This document shows positions 54,451 through 64,000 of a DNA stretch of 64,000 bases, in pieces. Where the stretch lies: positions 1-64,000 of the IMG/VR virus record IMGVR_UViG_3300043424_000354. The stretch is one strand, 5' to 3'. The notes below the pieces were generated by a model. The model was not told the DNA's origin and ran no database searches. It saw only the letters and a list, made by a program, of their open reading frames with translations. Made by a program: the position numbers and the translations under genes. How positions within the stretch are numbered: the stretch's first letter is position 1; each line of letters starts with the position of its first letter. This stretch comes from a virus.

Positions 54451-56064
54451 TTAAAATTTTAGAATTGCTCTAATTTTCTCTACTTGATCCTGCTGACGAA
54501 CGATAAATTCTCTGTTATCAAGATAGATAATCTCGCCTGTCTTACCATCAACCTCAGGTTCATCAACACTATTTATTGTCAATCCAGTCAATGATTGCGT
54601 AACATTAGTCAATTCGCTTGAAGATGTTATGATTGGAATAATTGGAAGAAGGTAAATACTTTCCACAGTTCCATCTTCATCTAAATCAACTTTCTGAACA
54701 ACAAGAAATCTACCGCCACTATCGGTAGTAATTACGTCGTCCAACTCATAACTCTCAGGATCGTCCACATCGATTACATAACAACAAGTTCCGGTTGAAT
54801 CTTGGAAATTGAGATTACTGTCAAAAATCAAAGGATTTTTAACAACGCCGATTTGCCTAAAATCATTATTTAAAAATAGATCGGCAGAATCGTTTGTTAG
54901 GTTTACAGAGAATCCAAGATTTGTGGCAAATAGTTCTTTTTGTGCGTTCGCGCCATGCCCTGCTTTCGGAGACAACACTGCAAGTAATGAAGCGCCAGTT
55001 CCTTCTACGCCGTCAACAGTAACTTCGGCAAAGGTATAACCTGAACCTTGGTTTGTGATTGTTACTGATAGAATCGCACCGTCATCTGGGTCAATGTCAA
55101 GAATTGCTTCTGCGCCTGAACCATCACCAACGATAGAAACTGATGCATCACCATCAATATAATCGATACCAGAATTGACAATTTCTATGCGGTCAACAGT
55201 TCCTGGAGTTGCTGCATTTTCCACATCTTCTTGCACTGCGCTGGAATCTGGCGCACCAAGATTTACATATGCCTCTGCACCAGAACCGCTTGCGCTGGAG
55301 AACGTGATATATGCAAAACTATATCCTTCCCCAGCAGTTGTTACTGTAACACCAGTAACTTCTCCACCAGAAATAGTAGCGGTAGCAACTGCCCCAGCAC
55401 CATCACCATTAATGATTACTGTTGGTGCTGTTAGATAACCAGATCCGCCTTGTGTGACAATAATGTCGTCGATCTGACCGTTTACATCAAATTCAGGATC
55501 GCCGGAACCTGCGATCTTTCTGACTGGGATATAATCCGTTGTTAGGAACTTGGTTTTATCGGATGCTTCAACCTTGAACATAAACTTCCAGATATATCCA
55601 TCAGCAGTTTCAATTGCTGATGTAGAAGTTCCAGAAGGTTTAGTTGTGCTTTCTGCATCATTGTTGTTAGAGATGCATTTATACACATGATCATCGTCAG
55701 TAAATACGTAGAACAGCGAGTCTTTCAAAGACTGGGCACCACTATATGCAGTATACTGATTTCCATCGGCGTCTAATTCGCCATACTTATCATCGTATTG
55801 ATCATAAACTGTTCCTGACGCCCAATTGATTCTTGGGATCATCAAAACAGCATCACTTGACTGAATTCTTTTTACGAACAGCATGTTTCTGTGGGATGTG
55901 CTGTCATAACGCACGGAATCTACTGGTGTTTCAGGAGATTCCTCGTCATCCCACTCGGTTGTTCTGCCCACGCAGAAATAGAAGAAGTCGTTCTCGTTGT
56001 AAATATCACGATAGAGACTTCTTGCTATTTCTGTGCGACCTGCTGATCGAAGAAGAAGTGCCAT
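54451..56064 (-). CDS. 8: Baseplate wedge subunit gp8
   Basis: PRINW, VYKCISN, DGYIWKFMF, FRQIGVVKNP. Confidence 0.88.
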   Translation of the reverse strand: MALLLRSAGRTEIARSLYRDIYNENDFFYFCVGRTTEWDDEESPETPVDSVRYDSTSHRNMLFVKRIQSSDAVLMIPRINWASGTVYDQYDDKYGELDADGNQYTAYSGAQSLKDSLFYVFTDDDHVYKCISNNNDAESTTKPSGTSTSAIETADGYIWKFMFKVEASDKTKFLTTDYIPVRKIAGSGDPEFDVNGQIDDIIVTQGGSGYLTAPTVIINGDGAGAVATATISGGEVTGVTVTTAGEGYSFAYITFSSASGSGAEAYVNLGAPDSSAVQEDVENAATPGTVDRIEIVNSGIDYIDGDASVSIVGDGSGAEAILDIDPDDGAILSVTITNQGSGYTFAEVTVDGVEGTGASLLAVLSPKAGHGANAQKELFATNLGFSVNLTNDSADLFLNNDFRQIGVVKNPLIFDSNLNFQDSTGTCCYVIDVDDPESYELDDVITTDSGGRFLVVQKVDLDEDGTVESIYLLPIIPIITSSSELTNVTQSLTGLTINSVDEPEVDGKTGEIIYLDNREFIVRQQDQVEKIRAILKF

Positions 56065-56070
56065 GTTATA

Positions 56071-56532
56071 TTACGAGATCGTTACCGTCCAAGTGATTGT
56101 CATGCTGTCTGACGCACCCTTGTTAATGACAGCAAATTCAGTGCGGCAAAGCATTGTGCCAGAAGACGAGGCATTGAAGATACCTGCTTCAGTAACAGCA
56201 CCAGTGCCTGTTCCTGCGCCAAAAGTAGCAACATATTCAATAGCATTGTCTGTTACAGTTGTTGATGTCAGGGAAACACGAGCAAGTTGGTGTTGAAGAG
56301 CAGTATCAGATGCCGCTGGGTTTGCTGCGCCACCTGCTTGGTCGCCATCACCGACTGCCATGTGTGACATAGCAGTTTCGGTTGTATCCTTCATGCGCGA
56401 AGCAATATAAGCAAGACCTGTGTCAACAACCAAGTTAGGAACAGTTACTTCTTGAGTAACATTTCCTGCTTCGTCGCGAAGGACGATATTTAGAACGCCC
56501 TTAGTTCCCTTTACGTTTTCGATTAGTTTCAT
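56071..56532 (-). CDS. Baseplate / tail structural protein
   Basis: NLVVDTG, AVTEAGIFNA, ITWT. Confidence 0.6.
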   Translation of the reverse strand: MKLIENVKGTKGVLNIVLRDEAGNVTQEVTVPNLVVDTGLAYIASRMKDTTETAMSHMAVGDGDQAGGAANPAASDTALQHQLARVSLTSTTVTDNAIEYVATFGAGTGTGAVTEAGIFNASSSGTMLCRTEFAVINKGASDSMTITWTVTIS

Positions 56533-56548
56533 TTGATTTACCTTCTTC

Positions 56549-59539
56549 TTAGTTAAAATAAGTTACTTGACCAACATAATCCGAACCAAAATCACCATCA
56601 ACATAGTTTTGAGTATTTACAATACCATCTTCAGTGACTGTTACTGTTTCGAATAGACCTTTAAGTGTATTTATAAGCGATTGTTCAGTCGTAGCGATAG
56701 AATCTATCGTTGCTGCATCATTTGCTATGATCAGTAGTTCCGTTGCCCCTGCATTGTCTGTCTTGACAAGATATGGAATAATCCCAGTTGTATCTGTTGA
56801 AGTAACAGAATCAGTCAAATATTTATACAGGTGACTTGTCGCAGAATCTGCTGCATTCAATTCATCTACATTACCTGCTTCTTCGCCTCCAGGTTTTACC
56901 AATCCAACGGATGTATATTCGTGTGTTATTACGGACTCTGCAAACGTTCTATAATATTCAACTGATCTACCAAAACTTTCGGTCGCAGTAGCAGTATCCG
57001 TTACGCCATTTTTAGCGAATGTCACTGCATTCGTTTCACTTGTATTTGCTACTTCCGCCAGAACTTTAGTGAAGTCATAATTTGCGATATCGGCAGAAAC
57101 ATAATTTTCATCGAAGAAATCATCAGCATATGGGGATTGTAGATAGATTGTTTCTTCTAGAACCTTACCAAAATCAGTAATTGCATTTTCAGCAGTGATT
57201 GTATTTTCGCTGACTTCTCTTACATATTGAACGACTCTCTCAAACACATCAGTTGATATTGTAGTATCATCTTCGTTTTCGTAGATACCAATATCAAAGT
57301 CAAAGGCAGTAGTTTCGCTTGTTGTTACTGAATCCGCCAGAACTTTGTAAACATGACTTCCATGCGCTTCGGAAGCAGTTGCAGTATCCGAAAGAACCTT
57401 GATGAAATCAACAGCATAGTAGAAAGTATCAGCAGAGAGTTCTTCGAGAACAAACTCATAGATATGCAGACGTTCGATTGGTGTTGTAATGTAATCGCTA
57501 ATCTCAACAACTTGCTCAATGACAAGTTCGCCGAAGATCGCAGTACCTGCAGGGTGCGTAGTGTTCTTTACAATGTCAATCCATTTATTGGACGGAACGT
57601 TTGAGCGAACAACATACGAGTAATTTTGATAGTAATAGTTGTCTTGTAGTTTGTTGACGTTTGACAACATACCACGAGAATCTTTAAATCTGCCAGTCTT
57701 GACGTTAATCGCGCCTGTTGTGAATGATATTGTTGCAGTACAACCTAATGTGGATGTGATAGTTGCAGTAAACGATTCGCGTTCGAAATCAAAACCCGTA
57801 TCAAAAATACTAACTGCCGTAGGGCAACCATCCTCGTCTACAGCATCAATTCTAATTGACGCCCTGTTGTCTCTACCAACCAGCGTATATGGGTTTAATC
57901 CTATGTCGCTTTCGTTGTATTTGTTTAAGAAATACCCGAGTAGATTATTATCATATTGAATGGTGTATGAACCGACAGAACCTGTTTCGTCGATCGAGAA
58001 AATATCACCAACATTAAATCCGCATGGTGGTGTTCCATCACAACTTACTACTTCTGCAGTTGAAAGTTGACGAACAACATATCCGTATGTCGTAGTTGTT
58101 CCAGCGTCAGTATCTAAAATTTCAACTGTTGTTCTGACGGCATCAGTTGAGAAAGATACAGCAGGAGCAGAAGTATATCCGGAACCGCCATCTACAATAA
58201 CTACGTGCGAAAGAGTTCCGTCATCAGAAAGGACTGCTCTTGCGGTGGCACCAGTTCCATCAACAGAAGTAAACTCAACAGTAGGAGCAGCATAATAACC
58301 GTTACCTGCATCGGTGAGTGGTTCATACAGACGCTGCGTTCCAGAACCTACGATAGTTAGATCGACTGCAGTTCCTGCTGACGCATTTGTTGCACTGGTT
58401 GCTAATTTTATTGTATTTGAATTTACTACAATCGCGTAATAGACATTATAGTTTGTCAGACCAGTAACAATAGTTCCGCCGTTTTTGTCATAAATGACAA
58501 CGTCACCAGTCGTATAACCATGAGATGAAATGGTTATTGTATTGTTTGTCAGGTTTACTGCAGAAGAACCATTGAATGTTTTATAGTTGTCGCCGACTAT
58601 CGCCACAACTTCCTCGGACGCAGATACTAAAGCATTACCCACTGCACCAGCGCCTGGAACTAGGATTTCTGCAGTCTTTGATAGACTTGTTACCAATTCA
58701 TAAACTGCGGGGAAGATATATGCAAACTTGGTAACATTGGTAACATTGGTTTCTACAATTCTTTGATATAGAACCGAACCAACGTTTTCAAAATATTTTA
58801 TTCTTACAGTTTTACCTTTTAGGTCAAACGGATTAGCAGTAATTCCGCTATCGACTGCAAGTTTTAATGTAACATCTTCAATCCAGATACCATCAGAAGC
58901 GCGAAGGATTTGTTCCGACGGATAGAAAATTTCAGTACTCTCATTGTAAAGAATTCTGAACAGTAATTCTATTGCCTTCTCGGATCCCTTCGCCTCATAA
59001 AATTGCTTGATGAATTTGATCAGACGACGATCGTCGAGTTGTGCTGTTAACGGGAAATTCTGCGCATATTGATTCTTAAACTTGGGAACAAATGTATCCA
59101 AAGTTCTATTGATATCAAAATTCTTCTCATAGTTTAAGAGGAAATTATTTACTTCATTTTCCTGATCAAGGAACTCGTAGTATTTTTCCAAGAACGTAAC
59201 AAAAACTGGATATTCATTACGAACGAAATCAGGAAGTTGGTTTGCAATAAGATGACTTAGTGATTGTTTGAAACCATTATACTCGTCATCAACATATACC
59301 ATATTTGCAGTTGCTGCTGCGCCAGTTCCGCTTCCGCCACTAAAGGTGATTGTTGGTGGTGTAAGATAATCAAAACCAGAAAACGTCACAGTAATCGCAG
59401 TAACTTTACCACCGGAAACTGTTGCAGTAGCAGTTGCATTACCACCAACAGTAACCGTAGGCGCAGAAATATATCCTGAACCACCATCAGTTACTGTTAT
59501 ACTTGCAACCTTTTTATAATATGATGTGGTTTGTGTCAT
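56549..59539 (-). CDS. 7: Baseplate wedge initiator, gp7-like
   Basis: [16 protein letters not shown]...[23 protein letters not shown]; lies between gp6 and gp8. Confidence 0.75.
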   Translation of the reverse strand: MTQTTSYYKKVASITVTDGGSGYISAPTVTVGGNATATATVSGGKVTAITVTFSGFDYLTPPTITFSGGSGTGAAATANMVYVDDEYNGFKQSLSHLIANQLPDFVRNEYPVFVTFLEKYYEFLDQENEVNNFLLNYEKNFDINRTLDTFVPKFKNQYAQNFPLTAQLDDRRLIKFIKQFYEAKGSEKAIELLFRILYNESTEIFYPSEQILRASDGIWIEDVTLKLAVDSGITANPFDLKGKTVRIKYFENVGSVLYQRIVETNVTNVTKFAYIFPAVYELVTSLSKTAEILVPGAGAVGNALVSASEEVVAIVGDNYKTFNGSSAVNLTNNTITISSHGYTTGDVVIYDKNGGTIVTGLTNYNVYYAIVVNSNTIKLATSATNASAGTAVDLTIVGSGTQRLYEPLTDAGNGYYAAPTVEFTSVDGTGATARAVLSDDGTLSHVVIVDGGSGYTSAPAVSFSTDAVRTTVEILDTDAGTTTTYGYVVRQLSTAEVVSCDGTPPCGFNVGDIFSIDETGSVGSYTIQYDNNLLGYFLNKYNESDIGLNPYTLVGRDNRASIRIDAVDEDGCPTAVSIFDTGFDFERESFTATITSTLGCTATISFTTGAINVKTGRFKDSRGMLSNVNKLQDNYYYQNYSYVVRSNVPSNKWIDIVKNTTHPAGTAIFGELVIEQVVEISDYITTPIERLHIYEFVLEELSADTFYYAVDFIKVLSDTATASEAHGSHVYKVLADSVTTSETTAFDFDIGIYENEDDTTISTDVFERVVQYVREVSENTITAENAITDFGKVLEETIYLQSPYADDFFDENYVSADIANYDFTKVLAEVANTSETNAVTFAKNGVTDTATATESFGRSVEYYRTFAESVITHEYTSVGLVKPGGEEAGNVDELNAADSATSHLYKYLTDSVTSTDTTGIIPYLVKTDNAGATELLIIANDAATIDSIATTEQSLINTLKGLFETVTVTEDGIVNTQNYVDGDFGSDYVGQVTYFN

Positions 59540-59542
59540 CTC

Positions 59543-61435
59543 TTATTCTTGCGAGTTAGCAACCGCCGTAATGGTCAGTCCTGCTGTTACATTTGATACT
59601 GAATTTGCTGCGCTTGTATCTAACGTCAAAACAGTATTTCTAGCAGCATATGGGAAGACTGCGGAGGTTGAAGATTCTGTGGTTGATGTTAGATCGCTGG
59701 TCAAAATATTTGGAGCATCCCCAAACGGTTTGACGTAAACTCGAAGTTCTGTTTCATCCCCGAGTAGAGAGTCAATAGTTATATTTGAAATTGATACTAC
59801 TCCAGTATCATAATTAACAGAACCAACGTTTGATGAAATAATGGTATCATCTGCTGATTTCTTTAACACAAGAGTTCCAATATCACCAACAGTAGACGGA
59901 TGCCCGTCAGTAATGTATACTTCATACTGCTGTCCAGAAATCGTCGTATTAAAAAGTGTAGTTCTAACTGATTCTGGTTGCAACTTACTGTTAAATCTTA
60001 CGTCGTATTGATCGGACACACCCAAGAAAATCGGAATTCTTTTGTGCATCTCAATTTGAACGCTGGCAGAGAAGATAGACTTCGTAGTGCCTACGATTGC
60101 AGAAAGCAGTTTAGAATAATAGAAGTTCTTCTGTAACTTGTTTAGATTATTTGTAAAGAAGTTTTGAACGACTGTTCTAATTTCCGTTTCAATTCTCGAG
60201 GAAGTGAATGTTGTTTGCGTTTTATTGAAGTTGGCAGTAACGCCCAGACTAATATAGGTTTCGATCGGATCAACAAACTCAGGTTGAATCGATACCATAC
60301 TTCTTGGGCGAATGATGTCTCTAGAAATAATATCTTTATCTGCCTGCGTAATAATAGATCCAGGTTGCGGTTGGATTGCAATGAACACCTTACCGTAAAT
60401 CGGAGGAACATTTTCTTCCCCACCCCAAACGGAGATAGAGTTGATATTACTAAATCTTGAGGTGATCAACGTCTCATAGTCTGTCACAGTAACTGCTCTG
60501 TTCTTAGTAGCATTGAACTTGGGAGCATTATATCTGATGCTGTCAATGCTTTCTTGTTCTGAACCGCCTGTTGCTGCTTCGTTCAGATAGATAATTTTAG
60601 ATTCACCAGAACCAGTGAAAGTGGTTGAGACTGCAAAATTTGGAATAGAATTTGCTGCAGCGCCGCTACTTACAATATAGTCAACAATTACAATATTTCC
60701 CGTTACCAACTTTTTGCCAAGGATGTCATCACCGAATCTAATTTCATAAAGACCAGATGGACCTTCTTCAACAAAGAATCCCTTTGTTGTAGGATCTACG
60801 CTCATAATGTCTTCGTAGTAATTCCATGTTGTAGTGGTAACAACAGTAGAAGATTCTTGGACTCTTACTCTAATTGTTGAAATATCAATATTCTTATTCG
60901 GCAAAACGAATGGACCAGATAGATTTGATAAATCAGCAACAAAAGTATTTGTTACGCGCTTACCTTCGATCAATTCTACGTCAAAACTAAAACCAGTATT
61001 ACTTGTTTCCAATGTAACAAGACCAGAATAATAGTCCTGCTTTGGATAAAAAGTATAAGTGTTCTTTACTGTTTTGGCAGTAAAAGGAGTATCTCGCGTC
61101 AATGTTAAACTTGTTCCAGTATAACCTGATGGTGGATCAATTTGTAGAGTAATGTTTGCTCGAGCAGATCTTCTTGATGCACCTGTGTAACCAAGAGTTT
61201 TAGCGATTGATGCGACCGAGTTTCTCTTTACCGCGCTATCAATAAACATTTCATTTGCTTGAAGATGTGCAAGAGTGGCATTATAGTGAGTGTTGTATGC
61301 CAGAATATCAAGCAACATAGAAAGAGCAGAACCGTCGAAGTTATAATCTTGAAATTCTTCCTGCGATTGCAAGAAAGTTTTTAGATTTTGTTTGATCGCA
61401 TCGAAATCTAGTTCCGCTACATTTAGTTGTGTCAT
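59543..61435 (-). CDS. 6: Baseplate wedge subunit gp6
   Basis: LDFDAIK, DYNFDGS, LAYNTHY, RAVTVTDY, WGGE, YGKVFI. Confidence 0.95.
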   Translation of the reverse strand: MTQLNVAELDFDAIKQNLKTFLQSQEEFQDYNFDGSALSMLLDILAYNTHYNATLAHLQANEMFIDSAVKRNSVASIAKTLGYTGASRRSARANITLQIDPPSGYTGTSLTLTRDTPFTAKTVKNTYTFYPKQDYYSGLVTLETSNTGFSFDVELIEGKRVTNTFVADLSNLSGPFVLPNKNIDISTIRVRVQESSTVVTTTTWNYYEDIMSVDPTTKGFFVEEGPSGLYEIRFGDDILGKKLVTGNIVIVDYIVSSGAAANSIPNFAVSTTFTGSGESKIIYLNEAATGGSEQESIDSIRYNAPKFNATKNRAVTVTDYETLITSRFSNINSISVWGGEENVPPIYGKVFIAIQPQPGSIITQADKDIISRDIIRPRSMVSIQPEFVDPIETYISLGVTANFNKTQTTFTSSRIETEIRTVVQNFFTNNLNKLQKNFYYSKLLSAIVGTTKSIFSASVQIEMHKRIPIFLGVSDQYDVRFNSKLQPESVRTTLFNTTISGQQYEVYITDGHPSTVGDIGTLVLKKSADDTIISSNVGSVNYDTGVVSISNITIDSLLGDETELRVYVKPFGDAPNILTSDLTSTTESSTSAVFPYAARNTVLTLDTSAANSVSNVTAGLTITAVANSQE

Positions 61436-61436
61436 C

Positions 61437-61835
61437 TTATCTACTTCTTCTTAGAATTGTTGAAAATGTTACAGGATCATTAACACCTATCACATAAAAA
61501 TAAATTGTTACTTTAAATGCGTTGTCGTCAAATAGCGGAACTACATCAACTTGCTGCGATCTTACTCTTGGTTCATATTTGTTGATCAAAAGTTCTAGGC
61601 GCAATTTTAATGAGTTTGCTGTGATCATGTCAATATTTTCAAACATCATTCCATACACAGGAGAACCGAGTTTCGGTTGGAATGGGCGCTCATAATAATT
61701 AGTTAAAATTAAAGTCTTGAGTGCTTGCTTTACGGCATTAACATCATACTTCCTCGCGACGTCACCCGTAATTGGATGCGCCGCGAAGGACAGATCTAGA
61801 TCTGAGTATATTCTGTTTACTTGCTTCGTGCTCAT
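61437..61835 (-). CDS. 25: Baseplate wedge subunit gp25
   Basis: YSDLDL, ERPFQP.LGS, YEPRV. Confidence 0.93.
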   Translation of the reverse strand: MSTKQVNRIYSDLDLSFAAHPITGDVARKYDVNAVKQALKTLILTNYYERPFQPKLGSPVYGMMFENIDMITANSLKLRLELLINKYEPRVRSQQVDVVPLFDDNAFKVTIYFYVIGVNDPVTFSTILRRSR

Positions 61836-61840
61836 ATGCT

Positions 61841-61848
61841 TATTTATA
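61841..61848 (-). promoter_or_regulatory. T4 late promoter for the gp25-gp6 operon
   Basis: TATAAATA. Confidence 0.8.
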
Positions 61849-61850
61849 TG

Positions 61851-64000
61851 TTACCACGGGATAAACCTACCTTTACTTAAGAATATTGTTTGACTTCCGC
61901 TTTGACGGCAAGTTCCGTTTGCGCTACCGCTTCTCTTTTGCCCGTTCCATAGAACATATCCAATATGCAACCATGCAGTAGATCCGTTCGCAGTCTCTAG
62001 CAGAATTTGGTCGCAGCGTGGTAGAGATGTTGCTACGAAGTTTGCGATCTCAACCATCTTTTGTTTGTTTGAAGCATACTGCGGCCACTGCAAGTCAACT
62101 GCAGCATATCTGTGCGCCGACATGGTGTCGTGCCTAAATCCAGAGTTAATTCTGAACCCAGGATACTTTTCGCGCAGAGGTTCGAGAATGTTAAGAGCAA
62201 GGCATCTATAGTTCTGGATAATTTCCCACTTATTATTTTTGCCCTTTGGATAGGCAATGAACTGCGATAGACTTCTAGTTGGGAAGAAGTCTTTCAATCT
62301 GTAATTATCTGACAGAACAATATCACCGTTAATCTTGTTTCCGCCAAGTGCTGGCAGTGGTTGTTTAGTCTTGTAGTATTTGTCGCACCCAGCAATAGCA
62401 GGAGGGACTGTGCCGAAGTCGCCGACTTGTTCCCCACCAGTGCCCGAACCTGAATCTGGTCCAAGTGGATTGGATGGATCATTTGGACTTACGCAATCCG
62501 CGGAACCACTATCTGGCGAATCTGGAACGTCGTTATCAGTAGTATCCGACGATCCTTGGTTACCACCACCTACACCACCAGCAGACCCACCAACATATTG
62601 CGACTTGCCTGCGACGGACTTACTGACTGGTTTTTCGACAGTCTTGGTATTTGACAACGGAGCAGCAACAGCACAAACTGCCTCTGCTGCTGCAACAGGA
62701 GCAGTAACAGTTGCGGTTGTATTACCCTTGATGTTAGTGGTATCATCAGGCGAGTTATGAGTTCCCTTGAGGTTTGTTGTTCCTGCATTCAGGGTTGTGA
62801 TATTTGCAGTTGTAACATCAATTGTGGCGGTGTCAATCGGCGAAGAAGTAACAAGAGGTGCCTTGAGACTGATATTACCAACACCCTCAACATTTACTCC
62901 TGCGCCCGATTTAATTTCAGTCGCTGCGCCAGACTTAGACTTAATACTTGCATCAGTACAGGTGTTCATATCGCCCGTCGAGTGATTGTAGTATGCACCA
63001 GCAGATTTAATGTGGGTATCTGTCTTCGAAGTGAGGTTAAGTCCTCCATCTGTTGTCAAATTAAATTTACCAGCAGCGTCTGTAGTAAAGTTACCCTTCG
63101 CGTCGATGTCAATGTCACCAACATTCTCGAGTGACATCAATCCGCCATTTCTTGCGTAGATACCTTCACCAACAGACAGCGATAAACGGCCGCCGATATT
63201 GACATCAATGTCATTGTGAATATCCATCGAAACTCGACCATGCATAGTCAAGTTTGTATCGCTCATAATAATAACATTGCAATTACCTGCAACGTGAACG
63301 TTAGCAACACCCTCGATTAAGATATATCCGTCCTTGTCCAGAATGGTGTAACCATCACCAACAATCTTAGTGACCTTAGTTCCGTCTGGTCCAATCTCAT
63401 CAAATGTCCCTGAACGGTGAGCAAAGTTTAATCGTTCTGAACCAGGAGTGTCATCGATTTCAATAGCGTGTCCTGCCTCAGATCCAAACACCTTATTATA
63501 TGGATACTGTGCGTTATAAGGTGATTCTGGTTGCGCCCAAGTTGCACCATTTCTACCAGCAGTTGGAACTTCGCGTTTTCTATTTGCGTTTCTTGCTGCA
63601 GGAGATGCACCTGCGCTAAGAGTTTCTCTGTTACCAGCAGAAGTTTTTGGACTCGCACCAACTTGTGGCGAGTTTACCCCTGTTGCCAGTGGGTTGGTAT
63701 CAGGTTTATTTACAGAAGATCTTAACGGATATACTTTATTAGGATCCTTGAATCCTTTTGAATCATCTTGCATTGATGCTGGAACTACGTCAGCATTTGA
63801 TGGTTGATTATTTGCTCTAAAGGTTTCAGTAGAGTTTTCTTTGTTTACTTCTTCTTCAGATGCAGCATTCTTAACCTGCGTCGATGGGGGATCGGTAACA
63901 TCAGTTTCTGCTGGTTTCGTTTCTAGAACAACCTTTTCTTGAGTCTTTTCTTTAGTTCTCGTAGTTCCATCTGCGCTGACAGTTTCAACTGTTGTGGTTT
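61851..64000 (-). CDS. 5: Baseplate hub / spike gp5 with C-terminal M15-type peptidase (N-terminus outside the window)
   Basis: YPYNKV..SEAGHAIEIDDTPGSERL..AHRSGT and beta-helix repeats; C-terminal INSGFR..SAH....VD...WLHI. The frame stays open upstream of 63773. Confidence 0.88.
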   Translation of the reverse strand, partial: TTTVETVSADGTTRTKEKTQEKVVLETKPAETDVTDPPSTQVKNAASEEEVNKENSTETFRANNQPSNADVVPASMQDDSKGFKDPNKVYPLRSSVNKPDTNPLATGVNSPQVGASPKTSAGNRETLSAGASPAARNANRKREVPTAGRNGATWAQPESPYNAQYPYNKVFGSEAGHAIEIDDTPGSERLNFAHRSGTFDEIGPDGTKVTKIVGDGYTILDKDGYILIEGVANVHVAGNCNVIIMSDTNLTMHGRVSMDIHNDIDVNIGGRLSLSVGEGIYARNGGLMSLENVGDIDIDAKGNFTTDAAGKFNLTTDGGLNLTSKTDTHIKSAGAYYNHSTGDMNTCTDASIKSKSGAATEIKSGAGVNVEGVGNISLKAPLVTSSPIDTATIDVTTANITTLNAGTTNLKGTHNSPDDTTNIKGNTTATVTAPVAAAEAVCAVAAPLSNTKTVEKPVSKSVAGKSQYVGGSAGGVGGGNQGSSDTTDNDVPDSPDSGSADCVSPNDPSNPLGPDSGSGTGGEQVGDFGTVPPAIAGCDKYYKTKQPLPALGGNKINGDIVLSDNYRLKDFFPTRSLSQFIAYPKGKNNKWEIIQNYRCLALNILEPLREKYPGFRINSGFRHDTMSAHRYAAVDLQWPQYASNKQKMVEIANFVATSLPRCDQILLETANGSTAWLHIGYVLWNGQKRSGSANGTCRQSGSQTIFLSKGRFIPW

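Noticed and set aside
1-64000. tRNAs, introns, inteins, homing endonucleases, integrase
   Set aside because: Intergenic gaps are too short or otherwise explained, and the core genes are of ordinary length with no visible insertions. This was checked by eye only.

Overview
This window is a continuous 64 kb segment of a large T4-like myophage genome, almost all on the minus strand, and the host is probably alphaproteobacterial (inference). From left to right it carries the replication module (gp43 partial, regA, gp62, gp44, gp45, gp46, gp47, gp55, uvsW, uvsY). That module is interleaved with auxiliary genes: a secreted NucA-type nuclease, Hsp20, an NAD-dependent epimerase, a peroxiredoxin, a MoxR/CobS AAA plus VWA pair, an FkbM methyltransferase, a HAD phosphatase, a ClpP-like protease and a peptide deformylase. 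Next come the head, tail and neck genes (gp3, 23, 22, 21, 20, 19, 18, 17, 16, 15, 14, 13) and the baseplate genes (gp8, gp7-like, gp6, gp25, gp5 partial). Where T4 has gp9-gp12/wac, this phage has an unusual block of about 13 kb. It holds small fibre-like proteins and two paralogous proteins with long Tyr/Gly tetrapeptide arrays whose blocks run in mirror (out-and-back) order. Beside them sits a convergent enzyme cluster of five GT-A glycosyltransferase-like genes, a methyltransferase-like gene, an Fe(II)-oxygenase-like gene and a nucleotidyltransferase. The best candidate for an undescribed system is a phage-encoded pathway that glycosylates or otherwise modifies virion fibres. Other notable signals are a ROSE-like RNA thermometer on hsp20, an unannotated 32-aa membrane peptide, a consensus orphan antisense promoter next to uvsW, and a capsid-targeting-like N-terminus on the HAD enzyme. 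All family assignments come from motif recognition by eye; no database searches were run.
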